From Candidatus Krumholzibacteriia bacterium (GTDB lineage Bacteria; Krumholzibacteriota; Krumholzibacteriia; LZORAL124-64-63): a stretch of 64,000 nucleotides of DNA. The notes beneath the pieces are model-generated. The model was not told the DNA's origin, searched no databases, and saw nothing but the letters and a program-made list of their open reading frames with translations. This document shows, one piece after another, positions 27,186 to 36,626 of this stretch. Location: the NCBI GenBank assembly GCA_046484865.1, contig JAWOID010000116.1:12420-76419 (forward strand), given 5' to 3'. The translations under genes were made by a program, and so were the position numbers. Positions within the stretch are counted from its first letter, which is position 1. Each line of letters begins with the position of its first letter.

Positions 27186-27827
27186 ATGACACCGCCTCCC
27201 AGTGGCGACGGATCCCGGGACGATCCCGACCTTCTCGCCGCCGACCTCTTCACCGCGACCGTGGCCGAGTTGCGCGACACGCTCGACCGGCTCGACGAGG
27301 AGCACGTCCGCGCCGTGCAGGCGCTGGTGGACGACGTGCTCGCCGCCTGGCGCGCCGGCGGCAAGCTCCTGGTCTGCGGCAACGGCGGCAGCGCGGCGGA
27401 CAGCCAGCACATCGCCGCCGAGCTGGTCGGCCGCTACCTGGTGGACCGGCCCGCCCTGGCGGCCGTCGCCTTGACCACCGATACCTCGACGCTCACGGCC
27501 GTGGCCAACGACTGCGGCTACGACAGGGTGTTCGCGCGCCAGGTGGAGGCGCTCGGTCGCTCCGGAGACGTGCTGCTGGTGATCTCCACCTCGGGCAACT
27601 CCGGCAATTGCGTGGAAGCGGCGGCGGCGGCGCGCAGGCGCGGACTGCGGACCCACGCGCTGCTGGGCGGTGACGGCGGCCGGTTGCGGTCGCTCGTCGA
27701 TGGGGCCTTCGTGGCGCCCTCGGCGCACACGCCGCGGATCCAGGAGGTGCACATCACCGCGGCGCATCTCGTGTGCGATCTGCTGGAGCGAAGAGCCGTC
27801 GCGGAAGGGCTGGGCCGGCATGACTGA
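27186..27827 (+). CDS. gmhA: Phosphoheptose isomerase (SIS domain)
   Basis: CGNGGSAADSQHIAAE, TAVAND, ISTSGNS, RIQEVH. Confidence 0.92.
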   Translation: MTPPPSGDGSRDDPDLLAADLFTATVAELRDTLDRLDEEHVRAVQALVDDVLAAWRAGGKLLVCGNGGSAADSQHIAAELVGRYLVDRPALAAVALTTDTSTLTAVANDCGYDRVFARQVEALGRSGDVLLVISTSGNSGNCVEAAAAARRRGLRTHALLGGDGGRLRSLVDGAFVAPSAHTPRIQEVHITAAHLVCDLLERRAVAEGLGRHD

Positions 27828-29328
27828 CCGCCGCCTGCGCGACCGCAGCCCGCTCGAGGCGGGACTGCTGATGGCCGGCGACGCCTTCATGCTCGAGGCG
27901 GCGTTCCTGGCGGCGTACTGGATCCGCTTCTACAGCGGCGTCTGGCTGGTGCCGCTCGGCATCCCGCCGCTCTCGCTCTACCTGGGCGCCAGCGCCGTGG
28001 TGATCGCGGTCTTCCTCGGGATCTTCTACGCCTCCGGGCTCTACAGCGACCGTGGCGACCGCCGGCTCGCCGACGACCTGCTCAAGCTGGTGAAGGGCGT
28101 GGTGCTGGGCAGCCTCCTGGTGCTCGCGCTGGCCTTCTTCCTCAAGCGCGAGGCCTACAGCCGCTCGTTCTTCGGTCTCTTCTTCCTGACCAGCCTGGCG
28201 GGTCTGATCGCCGGGCGCGTGGCGATGCGCAGCCTCGTACGTCGCATCCTGCCCCTGCGCACCCGCATCCTGCTGGTCGGCGCCAGCCCCATGCGTGACC
28301 GCGTGCTGTGGCTGTCCCGGCAGTTCCCGGGGCTGCGTCTGGAACCGGTCGGCTGGGTCGATCTCGGCGGGAGCGACCGGACCACCCGCGGGCCCGCGGC
28401 CGACGAGCAGGAGTGTCGCGACGGCGGCGGAGGAGGGAGCGTGCTGGTGCGCCGGCGCATCGGCGGCGGCGACGCGCCGGCGATCCCCGCCGCCGAGCCC
28501 GTGCGCTGCCTGGGGCGGCTCTCGGACGTGAGGCGGCTGGTGGTCGAGCACGAGGTGGATCGGGTGGTCCTCACGCTTCCCTTCTCGGACCTCGAGCAGG
28601 TGGCGGTGATCACGGAGGAACTGGCGAATCTCAGCGTCGACCTCCAGTTCGTGCCCGACCTGTTCGCGTTGCACCTGAGCCGCATGCGCATGACGGAGAT
28701 CGGCGGCATCCCCTTCCTCTCCGTGCGCGAGGATGCTCTCAGCGGCGCCGATCGCGTGGTGAAGCGCACCTTCGACGTGATGGCGTCGGGGGCCGGGCTG
28801 CTGCTGCTGTCGCCGCTGCTGGTGGCGCTGGCGGCTGCGGTCAAGCTCACGTCGCCCGGACCGGTGTTCTACCGGCAGGCCCGGGTGGGGCGCGACGGTC
28901 GGGAGTTCCACATGGCCAAGTTCCGGTCCATGCGCGCGGACGCCGAGAACGACTCGGGTCCGGTATGGACGGTGGTGGAGGATCCGCGGGTGACCCCGGT
29001 GGGGCGATTCCTGCGCCGCTGGAGCCTGGACGAGCTGCCGCAGCTCTGGAACGTGCTGGCGGGGGACATGAGCCTCGTGGGACCGCGTCCCGAGCGCAAG
29101 GTGTTCGTGGAGCGCTTCGTGGAACGGATGCCCCGCTACTTCGAGCGGCACCGGGTGAAGTCGGGTCTGACGGGCTGGGCGCAGGTGAACGGACTGCGCG
29201 GCAACACGAGCATCGAGGAGCGCACCCTGTACGATCTGCACTACGTCGAGAACTGGTCGCTCGGTCTGGACATCAAGATCCTGCTCATGACGGTGCATCA
29301 CGTGCTGCGAGGAGAGAACGCTTACTAG
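27820..29328 (+). CDS. Undecaprenyl-phosphate glucose phosphotransferase (WcaJ/WbaP family)
   Basis: Four N-terminal TMs; KRTFD, SPGPVFYRQ.RVG, KFRSM, DPRVT, SLDELPQLWNVL.GDMSLVGPRPE, GLTGWAQVNG. Confidence 0.92.
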   Translation: MTDRRLRDRSPLEAGLLMAGDAFMLEAAFLAAYWIRFYSGVWLVPLGIPPLSLYLGASAVVIAVFLGIFYASGLYSDRGDRRLADDLLKLVKGVVLGSLLVLALAFFLKREAYSRSFFGLFFLTSLAGLIAGRVAMRSLVRRILPLRTRILLVGASPMRDRVLWLSRQFPGLRLEPVGWVDLGGSDRTTRGPAADEQECRDGGGGGSVLVRRRIGGGDAPAIPAAEPVRCLGRLSDVRRLVVEHEVDRVVLTLPFSDLEQVAVITEELANLSVDLQFVPDLFALHLSRMRMTEIGGIPFLSVREDALSGADRVVKRTFDVMASGAGLLLLSPLLVALAAAVKLTSPGPVFYRQARVGRDGREFHMAKFRSMRADAENDSGPVWTVVEDPRVTPVGRFLRRWSLDELPQLWNVLAGDMSLVGPRPERKVFVERFVERMPRYFERHRVKSGLTGWAQVNGLRGNTSIEERTLYDLHYVENWSLGLDIKILLMTVHHVLRGENAY

Positions 29329-29330
29329 CC

Positions 29331-30266
29331 ATGGCGACCGCACCCGTCACTCCGCGGACCACCTACGGCCTGGCCGCCGCCTTCGTGACGAGCCTGCGGC
29401 CCCGGCAATGGACGAAGAACCTCATCCTCTTCGCCGGCGTGATCTTCGCGCAGCGGCTGTCGGAGCAGGCGTGCGTGGTGCGGGCGGCGCTGGGCGTGGT
29501 GGTCTTCTGTGCGGCGTCGGGCGTGGTTTACGTGTTCAACGACGTCGTGGACCTCGAGCGCGACCGGCAGCATCCCTACAAGCGCCTGCGTCCGGTGGCG
29601 GCAGGGACCCTGCCCGTGCCCGTGGCCGTGCGCGGCGGGTTGGCCCTGGGAATCGTCGCGCTCGGCGCGGCAGCCCTGCTGGGCTGGCGCTTCCTGGCCG
29701 GCGTGACGGCCTTCTTCCTGTGGAACTGGCTCTACTCGCGCGTGCTCAAGCACGTCATCGTCCTGGATGTCACGGGGATCGGCGTCAGCTTCGTGGTGCG
29801 CGCGGTGGCGGGCGTGCTGGTGATCCTGCCCGCCTGTCCCGGCGTGAACATCTCCGCCTGGCTGCTGGTCTGCACGTTCTTCCTGTCGCTGTTCCTGGGC
29901 TTCTGCAAGCGCCGCGACGAGAAGCTGAAGGTCTCGCCCCACGGCCTGGAGACCCGGCCCGCGCTGCAGGCGTATTCCGAGCCGCTGCTCAACGCGATGA
30001 TCGGGGTCTCGTTCGGCCTGGCCGTCGCCGCCTACGCCGTGTACACGGTATGGCCGACCACCGTGGCGCACTTCGGCACCCGCGATCTCATCTACACCGT
30101 GCCGTTCGTCCTGGCCGGCATGGGACGCTACCTCTACCTCGTCTTCCGCGAGGGCCGCGGCGGGCGCCCCCACGAGATCCTGCTGAACGATGCGTTGCTG
30201 CAGATCGCCGTGGTCGGCTGGATCGTCACGGCGGTCCTGATCATCGGGACGGGAGGAGCGGCTTGA
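29331..30266 (+). CDS. UbiA-family polyprenyl-phosphate phosphoribosyltransferase (DPPR synthase-like)
   Basis: LRPRQWTKN, YVFNDVVDLERDRQHPYKRLRP, YSRVLKH, FLGFCKRRDE. Confidence 0.85.
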   Translation: MATAPVTPRTTYGLAAAFVTSLRPRQWTKNLILFAGVIFAQRLSEQACVVRAALGVVVFCAASGVVYVFNDVVDLERDRQHPYKRLRPVAAGTLPVPVAVRGGLALGIVALGAAALLGWRFLAGVTAFFLWNWLYSRVLKHVIVLDVTGIGVSFVVRAVAGVLVILPACPGVNISAWLLVCTFFLSLFLGFCKRRDEKLKVSPHGLETRPALQAYSEPLLNAMIGVSFGLAVAAYAVYTVWPTTVAHFGTRDLIYTVPFVLAGMGRYLYLVFREGRGGRPHEILLNDALLQIAVVGWIVTAVLIIGTGGAA

Positions 30267-31336
30267 GATCCGCCGTGGCAGTGGTGGGGACGCGGCCCGA
30301 GACGGTGCGCGAGGACTACGCGCGGCTGCTGCGGTTGATCGGCGCCGGCGCGGGCGAAGGCGGCGGCAGCGCCTGGGTGGCGGCGACGGAGGCGCTGGCG
30401 TGGCCGCCGGCGCCTGCCGCCGGCTCGCCGCCGTGGCAGCTCGACGGAACGCTGGCGGTGCTCGCGGCGCCCGGTGCGACCGTGACCGTGGGACATGGCG
30501 CCGGAGCCGCCCGCGCCCGGGAGGGGTACGGCTGGAGCGGGGTGATCGCGGCGTACGGGGCGGAGCTGGTGAGCCTCGCGGAGCGGGACCGAACCGACGG
30601 CGACGGTCCGTCCGCCGACCTCGAGGTCGCGGCGGAACGCTTGCAGGCGCTGCGGGGACGACCGGCGGTGCTGCTGGCGACGGCCCGGACCGACGGCGTC
30701 ACCGGCGTCGGCGGCGCCGTGGCCATGGGCTGGGCGGATCTGGTGCCTCGGCCCGGACGCGGCGTCCGGCGGCGGCGGGCGGAACTGCTGGCCGCTGCGC
30801 TGGAGGCTCGCCGCGCGGCGCACCCGCGCCTGCTGGCGGTGATCGACGCCGCGGTGGTGGGAGTGGGGCCTGCTCCTGACGCCCTGAGCCCGGTCCAGAC
30901 CCACGTGCTGCTCGCGAGCGAGGACCCGGTGGCGGTGGACGCGGTCTTCTGCCGGTGGCTGGGGCGCGACCCGCTCGCGGTCCCGCACCTGCGCGCCTGC
31001 GCCGACCGCGGGCTGGGACGCGCCGCGCCGCGGGAGATTCGCCTGCGGGGCGAGACGGCACTCCTCGACCGGGCGCCCGGCGTGGCGCCCGACGCTCCGG
31101 CGGGCACGCCGCTGCCGGCGGCGCACGGCGTCCGCGATCGAGCCGGGGGGCTGGCACGCTGGCTCGGCGCCACGCCGCTGGCGCCCGTGGGCGCCGCCAT
31201 GGGAGGAGCCGGCGCGGTGGTGTCGCTGGCGCCGCTGCGTCGCCGCCGGGATTGGCGCCGCTTTCTCGAGACGGGCTGGGGACGGCTGTGGCAAGCGTAC
31301 CTGGGCGGCATGCCGGGCGCTGAGGAGAGATCATGA
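30263..31336 (+). CDS. DUF362-like protein, strongly diverged
   Basis: TTG overlapping the upstream stop; VAVV.TRPETV.EDY.RL N-terminus, PPWQLDG, AVIDA.V.G.GP, LLASEDPVAVDAV...LG.DP..VP.L......GLG. Confidence 0.6.
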   Translation: MRSAVAVVGTRPETVREDYARLLRLIGAGAGEGGGSAWVAATEALAWPPAPAAGSPPWQLDGTLAVLAAPGATVTVGHGAGAARAREGYGWSGVIAAYGAELVSLAERDRTDGDGPSADLEVAAERLQALRGRPAVLLATARTDGVTGVGGAVAMGWADLVPRPGRGVRRRRAELLAAALEARRAAHPRLLAVIDAAVVGVGPAPDALSPVQTHVLLASEDPVAVDAVFCRWLGRDPLAVPHLRACADRGLGRAAPREIRLRGETALLDRAPGVAPDAPAGTPLPAAHGVRDRAGGLARWLGATPLAPVGAAMGGAGAVVSLAPLRRRRDWRRFLETGWGRLWQAYLGGMPGAEERS

Positions 31337-32268
31337 ACGGCGGCGAAGGAAGCGGCCGGCCCGTGCACACCGGCCGCACCGAGGCGTTGCGCACTCCGGC
31401 CAAGGTGAACCTCCACCTGGAAGTCCTGCGCCGGAGGTCCGATGGGTACCACGAGATCGAGACCATCTACCAGGCCATCCAGATCTTCGACGAGGTCCGC
31501 GTCACGCTCGAGGAACGGCGTCCCGGGGGCGAGCCCGACATCCAGGTGCGCACCCGGCCGTCGGGCGCCGCGCCGGACGGCCCGGAGAATCTCTGCTGGC
31601 AGGCGGCCCGGCTGTTCTGCCACGAGATGCGGGTCAGTGGCCGCCTGGTCATCGAGTTGCTCAAGGAGATCCCCGCGGGGGCCGGCCTGGGGGGCGGCAG
31701 CAGCGACGCAGCCGCCACCCTGCTGGCCTGCGATCGGCTCTTCGGCACCGATCTCGACGCGCGGCCACTGACGCGCCTCGCGGCGAAGGTGGGGGCGGAC
31801 GTGCCGTTCTTCCTCAGGGGCGCCACGGCGCTCGGCCGCGGCACCGGCACGACCCTCACCCCCCTGCCCGCGATCCGCTCCGGACGGTTCCTGGTGGTCA
31901 AACCCGACTTCGATCTGCTCACGGAGCGGGTCTATGCCGAGTTGAAAATAGGATTGACAGTTCGCGGGCCCGTCGCTAACATCCAGAGCGCCAGTGCATT
32001 AATCGCCAGGTTCCCAACGAGTTCCTGGTTCGGGTTCAATCGGCTCGAGGAGGTGGTCCTCCCCGGGTATCCGATGCTGCAGCGGCTGGTGTTCTCGCTC
32101 CGCGAGGAGGCCGAGATCGCCATGATGTGCGGCAGCGGATCCGCGGTGGTGGCTGTGTTCTCCGACGAGAGCCGAGCAGGGGGGGAAGCCGAGAAGTTGG
32201 AGAGGTTACATCCATACGTGCGGGTCGTCGGACCTCACCCGGGAGGCGCCGAGTTCTTGTCGAGATGA
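31333..32268 (+). CDS. ispE: 4-diphosphocytidyl-2-C-methyl-D-erythritol kinase
   Basis: PAKVNLHL, DGYHEI, KEIPAGAGLGGGSSDAA, GADVPFF, MCGSGS. Confidence 0.95.
   Translation: MNGGEGSGRPVHTGRTEALRTPAKVNLHLEVLRRRSDGYHEIETIYQAIQIFDEVRVTLEERRPGGEPDIQVRTRPSGAAPDGPENLCWQAARLFCHEMRVSGRLVIELLKEIPAGAGLGGGSSDAAATLLACDRLFGTDLDARPLTRLAAKVGADVPFFLRGATALGRGTGTTLTPLPAIRSGRFLVVKPDFDLLTERVYAELKIGLTVRGPVANIQSASALIARFPTSSWFGFNRLEEVVLPGYPMLQRLVFSLREEAEIAMMCGSGSAVVAVFSDESRAGGEAEKLERLHPYVRVVGPHPGGAEFLSR
31954..31982 (+). promoter_or_regulatory. Internal sigma70 promoter TTGACA-N17-TAACAT inside ispE
   Basis: Perfect -35 and near-consensus -10, preceded by AT-rich TTGAAAATA, in an AT-skewed codon patch. Confidence 0.7.
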
Positions 32269-32331
32269 TCTCACGATCTCGATCTCGGAACCTTCCGTCT
32301 CCGAGGGCCGGGGGAGCAGGGAGCGTGCATC

Positions 32332-32664
32332 TTGGAGATTACCGAGATCAGAATCACCTTGCGCGATGACAACAAGCTGAAGGGTTTTGCCAGCATCACC
32401 CTGGACGACTGCTTCGTCATCCGAGGACTCAAGATCATCGAGGGCGCGTCCGGTCTGTTCATCGCCATGCCCAGCCGCAAGCGGAAGGATGGCACCTTCC
32501 AGGACATCGCCCATCCCATCAACATGACCACCCGGGAGTGGCTCGAGAACCAGGTGATCGCGACCTACAAGCGGGAGGTCCAGCGGGTCGAGCGGGGGGA
32601 GATCCCTCCGCCGGGCGTCTCGAACGCGGACGGGGACCATGGAGCCCTTGAGGAGAGCTACTGA
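32332..32664 (+). CDS. spoVG: SpoVG nucleic-acid-binding protein
   Basis: MEITEIRI, KLKGFASIT.DDCFVI, GLFIAMPSRK, FQDIAHPIN. Confidence 0.95.
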   Translation: MEITEIRITLRDDNKLKGFASITLDDCFVIRGLKIIEGASGLFIAMPSRKRKDGTFQDIAHPINMTTREWLENQVIATYKREVQRVERGEIPPPGVSNADGDHGALEESY

Positions 32665-32680
32665 GCACGACAGGATCCGC

Positions 32681-32755
32681 TGGGGCGTCGTCAAGTGGTA
32701 AGACACAAGGTTTTGGTCCTTGCATTCGCAGGTTCGAATCCTGCCGCCCCAGCCA
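32681..32755 (+). tRNA. tRNA-Gln(TTG)
   Basis: TGGGGCG acceptor, anticodon arm CAAGG-TTTTGGT-CCTTG, GGTTCGAATCC, CCA end. Confidence 0.95.
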
Positions 32756-32881
32756 GGATTCTCGACCTGTCGAGTCAGTTCCTCCTGCCACGCGGGGCAG
32801 CGGGTCGCCCCGCGCTTCGTCTTCTCCACCCGCTCCCGCCGCCGCCCGCGGGGTCCGGGTCGTCTGCGAGGCGAACCTAGC

Positions 32882-33820
<939 letters not shown>

Positions 33821-34060
33821 GAACTCCTGGACCGAGCCTGGCCCGCGCGCGCCTTGACACCGCCGCCGGAGGGTGCTTTCTTACCACGTCCTTCGCCCGG
33901 CGCACGCCGGGTGTTCACATCTGGAGTCGTTCCGACGATCCGGCCGGCCGGGGGCTACACCGGCCGCAGGCGCGCCGCCGCACCGGCGAGATGCGCCGAG
34001 GACCCTTGCCGCCAGGACGGCGAGCCCCGGGATCGCGGTGACGACGGGAGGCATCGAGTC

Positions 34061-34711
34061 ATGGGTCTCGTCGAACTGAAGGTCTTCCCGCGGAGCACCG
34101 GCGGGAAGAACGCGAACCGCCGTACCCGCGCCGCGGGCTATACCCCGGCGGTCATCTACGGATACGAACGGCAGGCGCAGGCGGTCCAGCTGGATTCCAA
34201 GGAGCTCGTCCTCGTCCTGCAGCGTCTGGCGGGACACAGCGCCATCTTCTCCCTGCGCGAGGAGGGAGCCCAGGCGCCGGCAATCGCGCTGCTGCGCGAG
34301 GTGCAGCGGCATCCCGTGCGCGACGAGATCCTGCACGTGGATCTCTTCGAGATTCCCCGGGGCGAGCCGGTGGAGGTGCCGGTCTCGATCCGGCTGGTCG
34401 GCGAATCGCAGGCGGTCAAGCGCAACGAGGGGAACCTCTCGCAGTCGCTGACGCAGGTGGAGATCCGCTGCCTGCCGGGCGAACTGCCCGAGACCATCGA
34501 CGTGGACATCAGCGAACTGGGCGTCAACGACAAGGTCTACGTCGGCGACCTGACATCGCCGGTCGGCGAGATCGTCTCCGACCGCGAACTGCTCGTGGTG
34601 GCCGTGAAGGCGCCCGCCATCTTCGCAGCGACCGAGGCGGAGGGCGAGGAAGACGCCGCCGCCGCGGAGGGCGCCGAGACCGCCGAGGACGAGACGGAGT
34701 CCGGCGAATAG
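34061..34711 (+). CDS. rplY: 50S ribosomal protein L25/Ctc (long form)
   Basis: GKNANRRTR..G.TPAVIYG, REVQRHPV...ILHVD, acidic tail. Confidence 0.93.
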   Translation: MGLVELKVFPRSTGGKNANRRTRAAGYTPAVIYGYERQAQAVQLDSKELVLVLQRLAGHSAIFSLREEGAQAPAIALLREVQRHPVRDEILHVDLFEIPRGEPVEVPVSIRLVGESQAVKRNEGNLSQSLTQVEIRCLPGELPETIDVDISELGVNDKVYVGDLTSPVGEIVSDRELLVVAVKAPAIFAATEAEGEEDAAAAEGAETAEDETESGE

Positions 34712-34770
34712 AACCGGCCGCCGCTCGCGACGCCGCCGGCGCGGCGGTCCGGGTGTGGCGCGGCAATCGA

Positions 34771-34830
34771 GACGACGCTGGCGGCGGGCGGGAAGGTGTT
34801 CCCGCCCGCCGCTGTGCGCGGGGCGTCGTC
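34771..34830 (+). terminator. Strong GC hairpin between rplY and pth (no U-tract)
   Basis: 14-bp perfect stem GCGGCGGGCGGGAA-ggtg-TTCCCGCCCGCCGC (34781-34812), extended by GACGACGC/GCGTCGTC. Confidence 0.45.
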
Positions 34831-34857
34831 GTCGGTGGTCCACGGGAGGTGCGAGGC

Positions 34858-35664
34858 GTGCTCCACCTGGTGATCGGCCTGGGCAACCCGGGCGCCCGGT
34901 ACGCGGGCAACCGTCACAACGTGGGCTTCCGCGTGGTGGACGAACTGGCTCGGCGCGCCGGCGTCGCTCTCGCGCGCGTCCCCGGCCGCTACGCGGTGGC
35001 CGAGGTGGCGTCCGGAGCCGACCGGTGGATCCTGCTCGAGCCCCTCACCTACATGAATCGCAGCGGCGAGGCCGTGCGGTCGTGGGCCGCCCGCACCGGC
35101 GTGCGGGTGACCGGGGCGCCCGTCGGGCTGCCGACCGACGCCGGGCCGGCTTCGCTCGCGGCGGGCCAGGACGCGGGCGTTGGCGACGGCGCGGCACCGG
35201 ACACCGGTGCCGGCGCCGTGGCCGGGACGGGTGCGGAGGCCGCCGATCCAGCTTTGCCGGCCGGGAAGGGCGAGGAAACCGCCGATCCGGCGCTCGCGGG
35301 CGGCGTGCGGCCGGTGGTGGTTTGCGACGATCTGTCCCTGCCTTTGGGGGCCGTGCGCATCCGCGCGCGCGGCAGCGCCGGGGGACAGAAGGGGCTGGCT
35401 TCGCTCATCCGGACCCTCGGCGGCGAGGAATTCCCCCGGGTGCGGCTCGGCGTGGGCGATCCGCAGCGGGAGATCGCTCCGGCCGACTGGGCCGATTACG
35501 TGCTCTCGGACTTCGAGCCCGCGCAGGAGGAGGCGGTGTCGGAGATGGTGATCCATGCCGCCGATGCCGTGACCATGCTGCTGGAGCGGGGCGTCAACAC
35601 GGCGGCGTCGCGCTGCAATCGGCGCCAGCCGCCGGGCGATCGGTCCGAGCCCGACGACCGGTGA
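34858..35664 (+). CDS. pth: Peptidyl-tRNA hydrolase with an approximately 70-aa low-complexity insertion
   Basis: IGLGNPG..Y..NRHNVGF, PLTYMNRSG, CDDL.LP.G, GSAGGQKG, RVRLGVG, DYVL. Confidence 0.92.
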   Translation: MLHLVIGLGNPGARYAGNRHNVGFRVVDELARRAGVALARVPGRYAVAEVASGADRWILLEPLTYMNRSGEAVRSWAARTGVRVTGAPVGLPTDAGPASLAAGQDAGVGDGAAPDTGAGAVAGTGAEAADPALPAGKGEETADPALAGGVRPVVVCDDLSLPLGAVRIRARGSAGGQKGLASLIRTLGGEEFPRVRLGVGDPQREIAPADWADYVLSDFEPAQEEAVSEMVIHAADAVTMLLERGVNTAASRCNRRQPPGDRSEPDDR

Positions 35665-35688
35665 GCGGCCGGCTGCAGGGGCCGGGGC

Positions 35689-35717
35689 TTGCTCCGCGGC
35701 GCACGAGCCCCTATATT
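35689..35717 (+). promoter_or_regulatory. Candidate rpsF operon promoter TTGCTC-N17-TATATT
   Basis: Elements at 35689-35694 and 35712-35717. Confidence 0.6.
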
Positions 35718-35825
35718 TCGCGCTTGTCGTTTCGACAGGGGGCCGCGTGCCTCCGCCCGACCAGCATCGCCGCTGGTGGAACACATCCCTACCTGGGCAG
35801 GGCCCGGCCGCGCCGCTGCAACCGG

Positions 35826-35887
35826 CAGCATCCTTGACGGCGCGGGCCCGAGACCCAGGTCGTTCAGTCCGAAGGGAGGTGCCGCCC
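35826..35887 (+). promoter_or_regulatory. Candidate S6:S18 ribosomal protein leader RNA
   Basis: TCCTT-GAC...GTC-CG-AAGGGAGG: a 5' CCTT can pair with the SD-containing strand next to a CCG element, directly before rpsF. Confidence 0.55.
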
Positions 35888-36244
35888 GTGCGTAAGTACG
35901 AGTGCATGTTCATTCTGCGGGCCGACCAGCCCGACCAGGAGATGGAATCCCGGGTCGAGCAGGTCGGCGCCATCGTCGCGCGCAACAACGGTGAGATGAC
36001 CCACCGGAACCACTGGGGTGTGCGCAAACTCGCCTACGAGATCGATCACGAGAACAAGGGCAACTACATGCTGCTGCAGTTCCGCAGCGAGGCGGGCGCC
36101 GTGGCCGAGATCGACCGCTACCTGCGTCTCGACGACAAGGTGCTGAGGCATCTGGTCGTCGTGGACGAGGAGTGGGCCGAGCGCAACCGTGCCGCCATGG
36201 CCAAGCGCCGCCGTGTCCAGGAGGACACGGACGAGGCGTCCTGA
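35888..36244 (+). CDS. rpsF: 30S ribosomal protein S6
   Basis: MRKYECMFIL, WGVRKLAYEI, GNY, VLRHLVV. Confidence 0.95.
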   Translation: MRKYECMFILRADQPDQEMESRVEQVGAIVARNNGEMTHRNHWGVRKLAYEIDHENKGNYMLLQFRSEAGAVAEIDRYLRLDDKVLRHLVVVDEEWAERNRAAMAKRRRVQEDTDEAS

Positions 36245-36333
36245 GCGGGCGGCAAGCCATCGCTCGTCGTGATCGCATCCGGATCGAGCGGCGTTGCACG
36301 CGAGCGTGCCGCCGCTGAGGAAGGGAGAGTGAC

Positions 36334-36603
36334 ATGGCCCGCAAGAACCTGCGGATCAAGAAGAAGAAGAAGAAGAAGAGGAAGCCTGGCAAACAGAAGG
36401 CGTGCTTCTTCTCGAAGATGGGGTACGTCGCCATCGACTACAAGGACGAGGACCTCCTGCGGCGGTTCGTCACCGAGCGCGGCAAGATCGCGCCGCGCCG
36501 GAACACCGGGACGACGGCGCGTTACCAGCGGCTGCTCTCGGTGGCGGTGAAGCGCGCGCGGCACATGGCGCTCCTACCGTACGTGCGCGAGTACTTCCGG
36601 TAG
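36334..36603 (+). CDS. rpsR: 30S ribosomal protein S18
   Basis: [22 protein letters not shown]...YQR....AVKRAR.MALLPY. Confidence 0.96.
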   Translation: MARKNLRIKKKKKKKRKPGKQKACFFSKMGYVAIDYKDEDLLRRFVTERGKIAPRRNTGTTARYQRLLSVAVKRARHMALLPYVREYFR

Positions 36604-36626
36604 CGGACGGTCCGGAGGTGACCGCC

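Noticed and set aside
35101..35304. Pth insertion considered as an intein or mobile element
   Set aside because: No Cys/Ser start, His-Asn end, endonuclease motif or terminal repeats; it is simple low-complexity sequence
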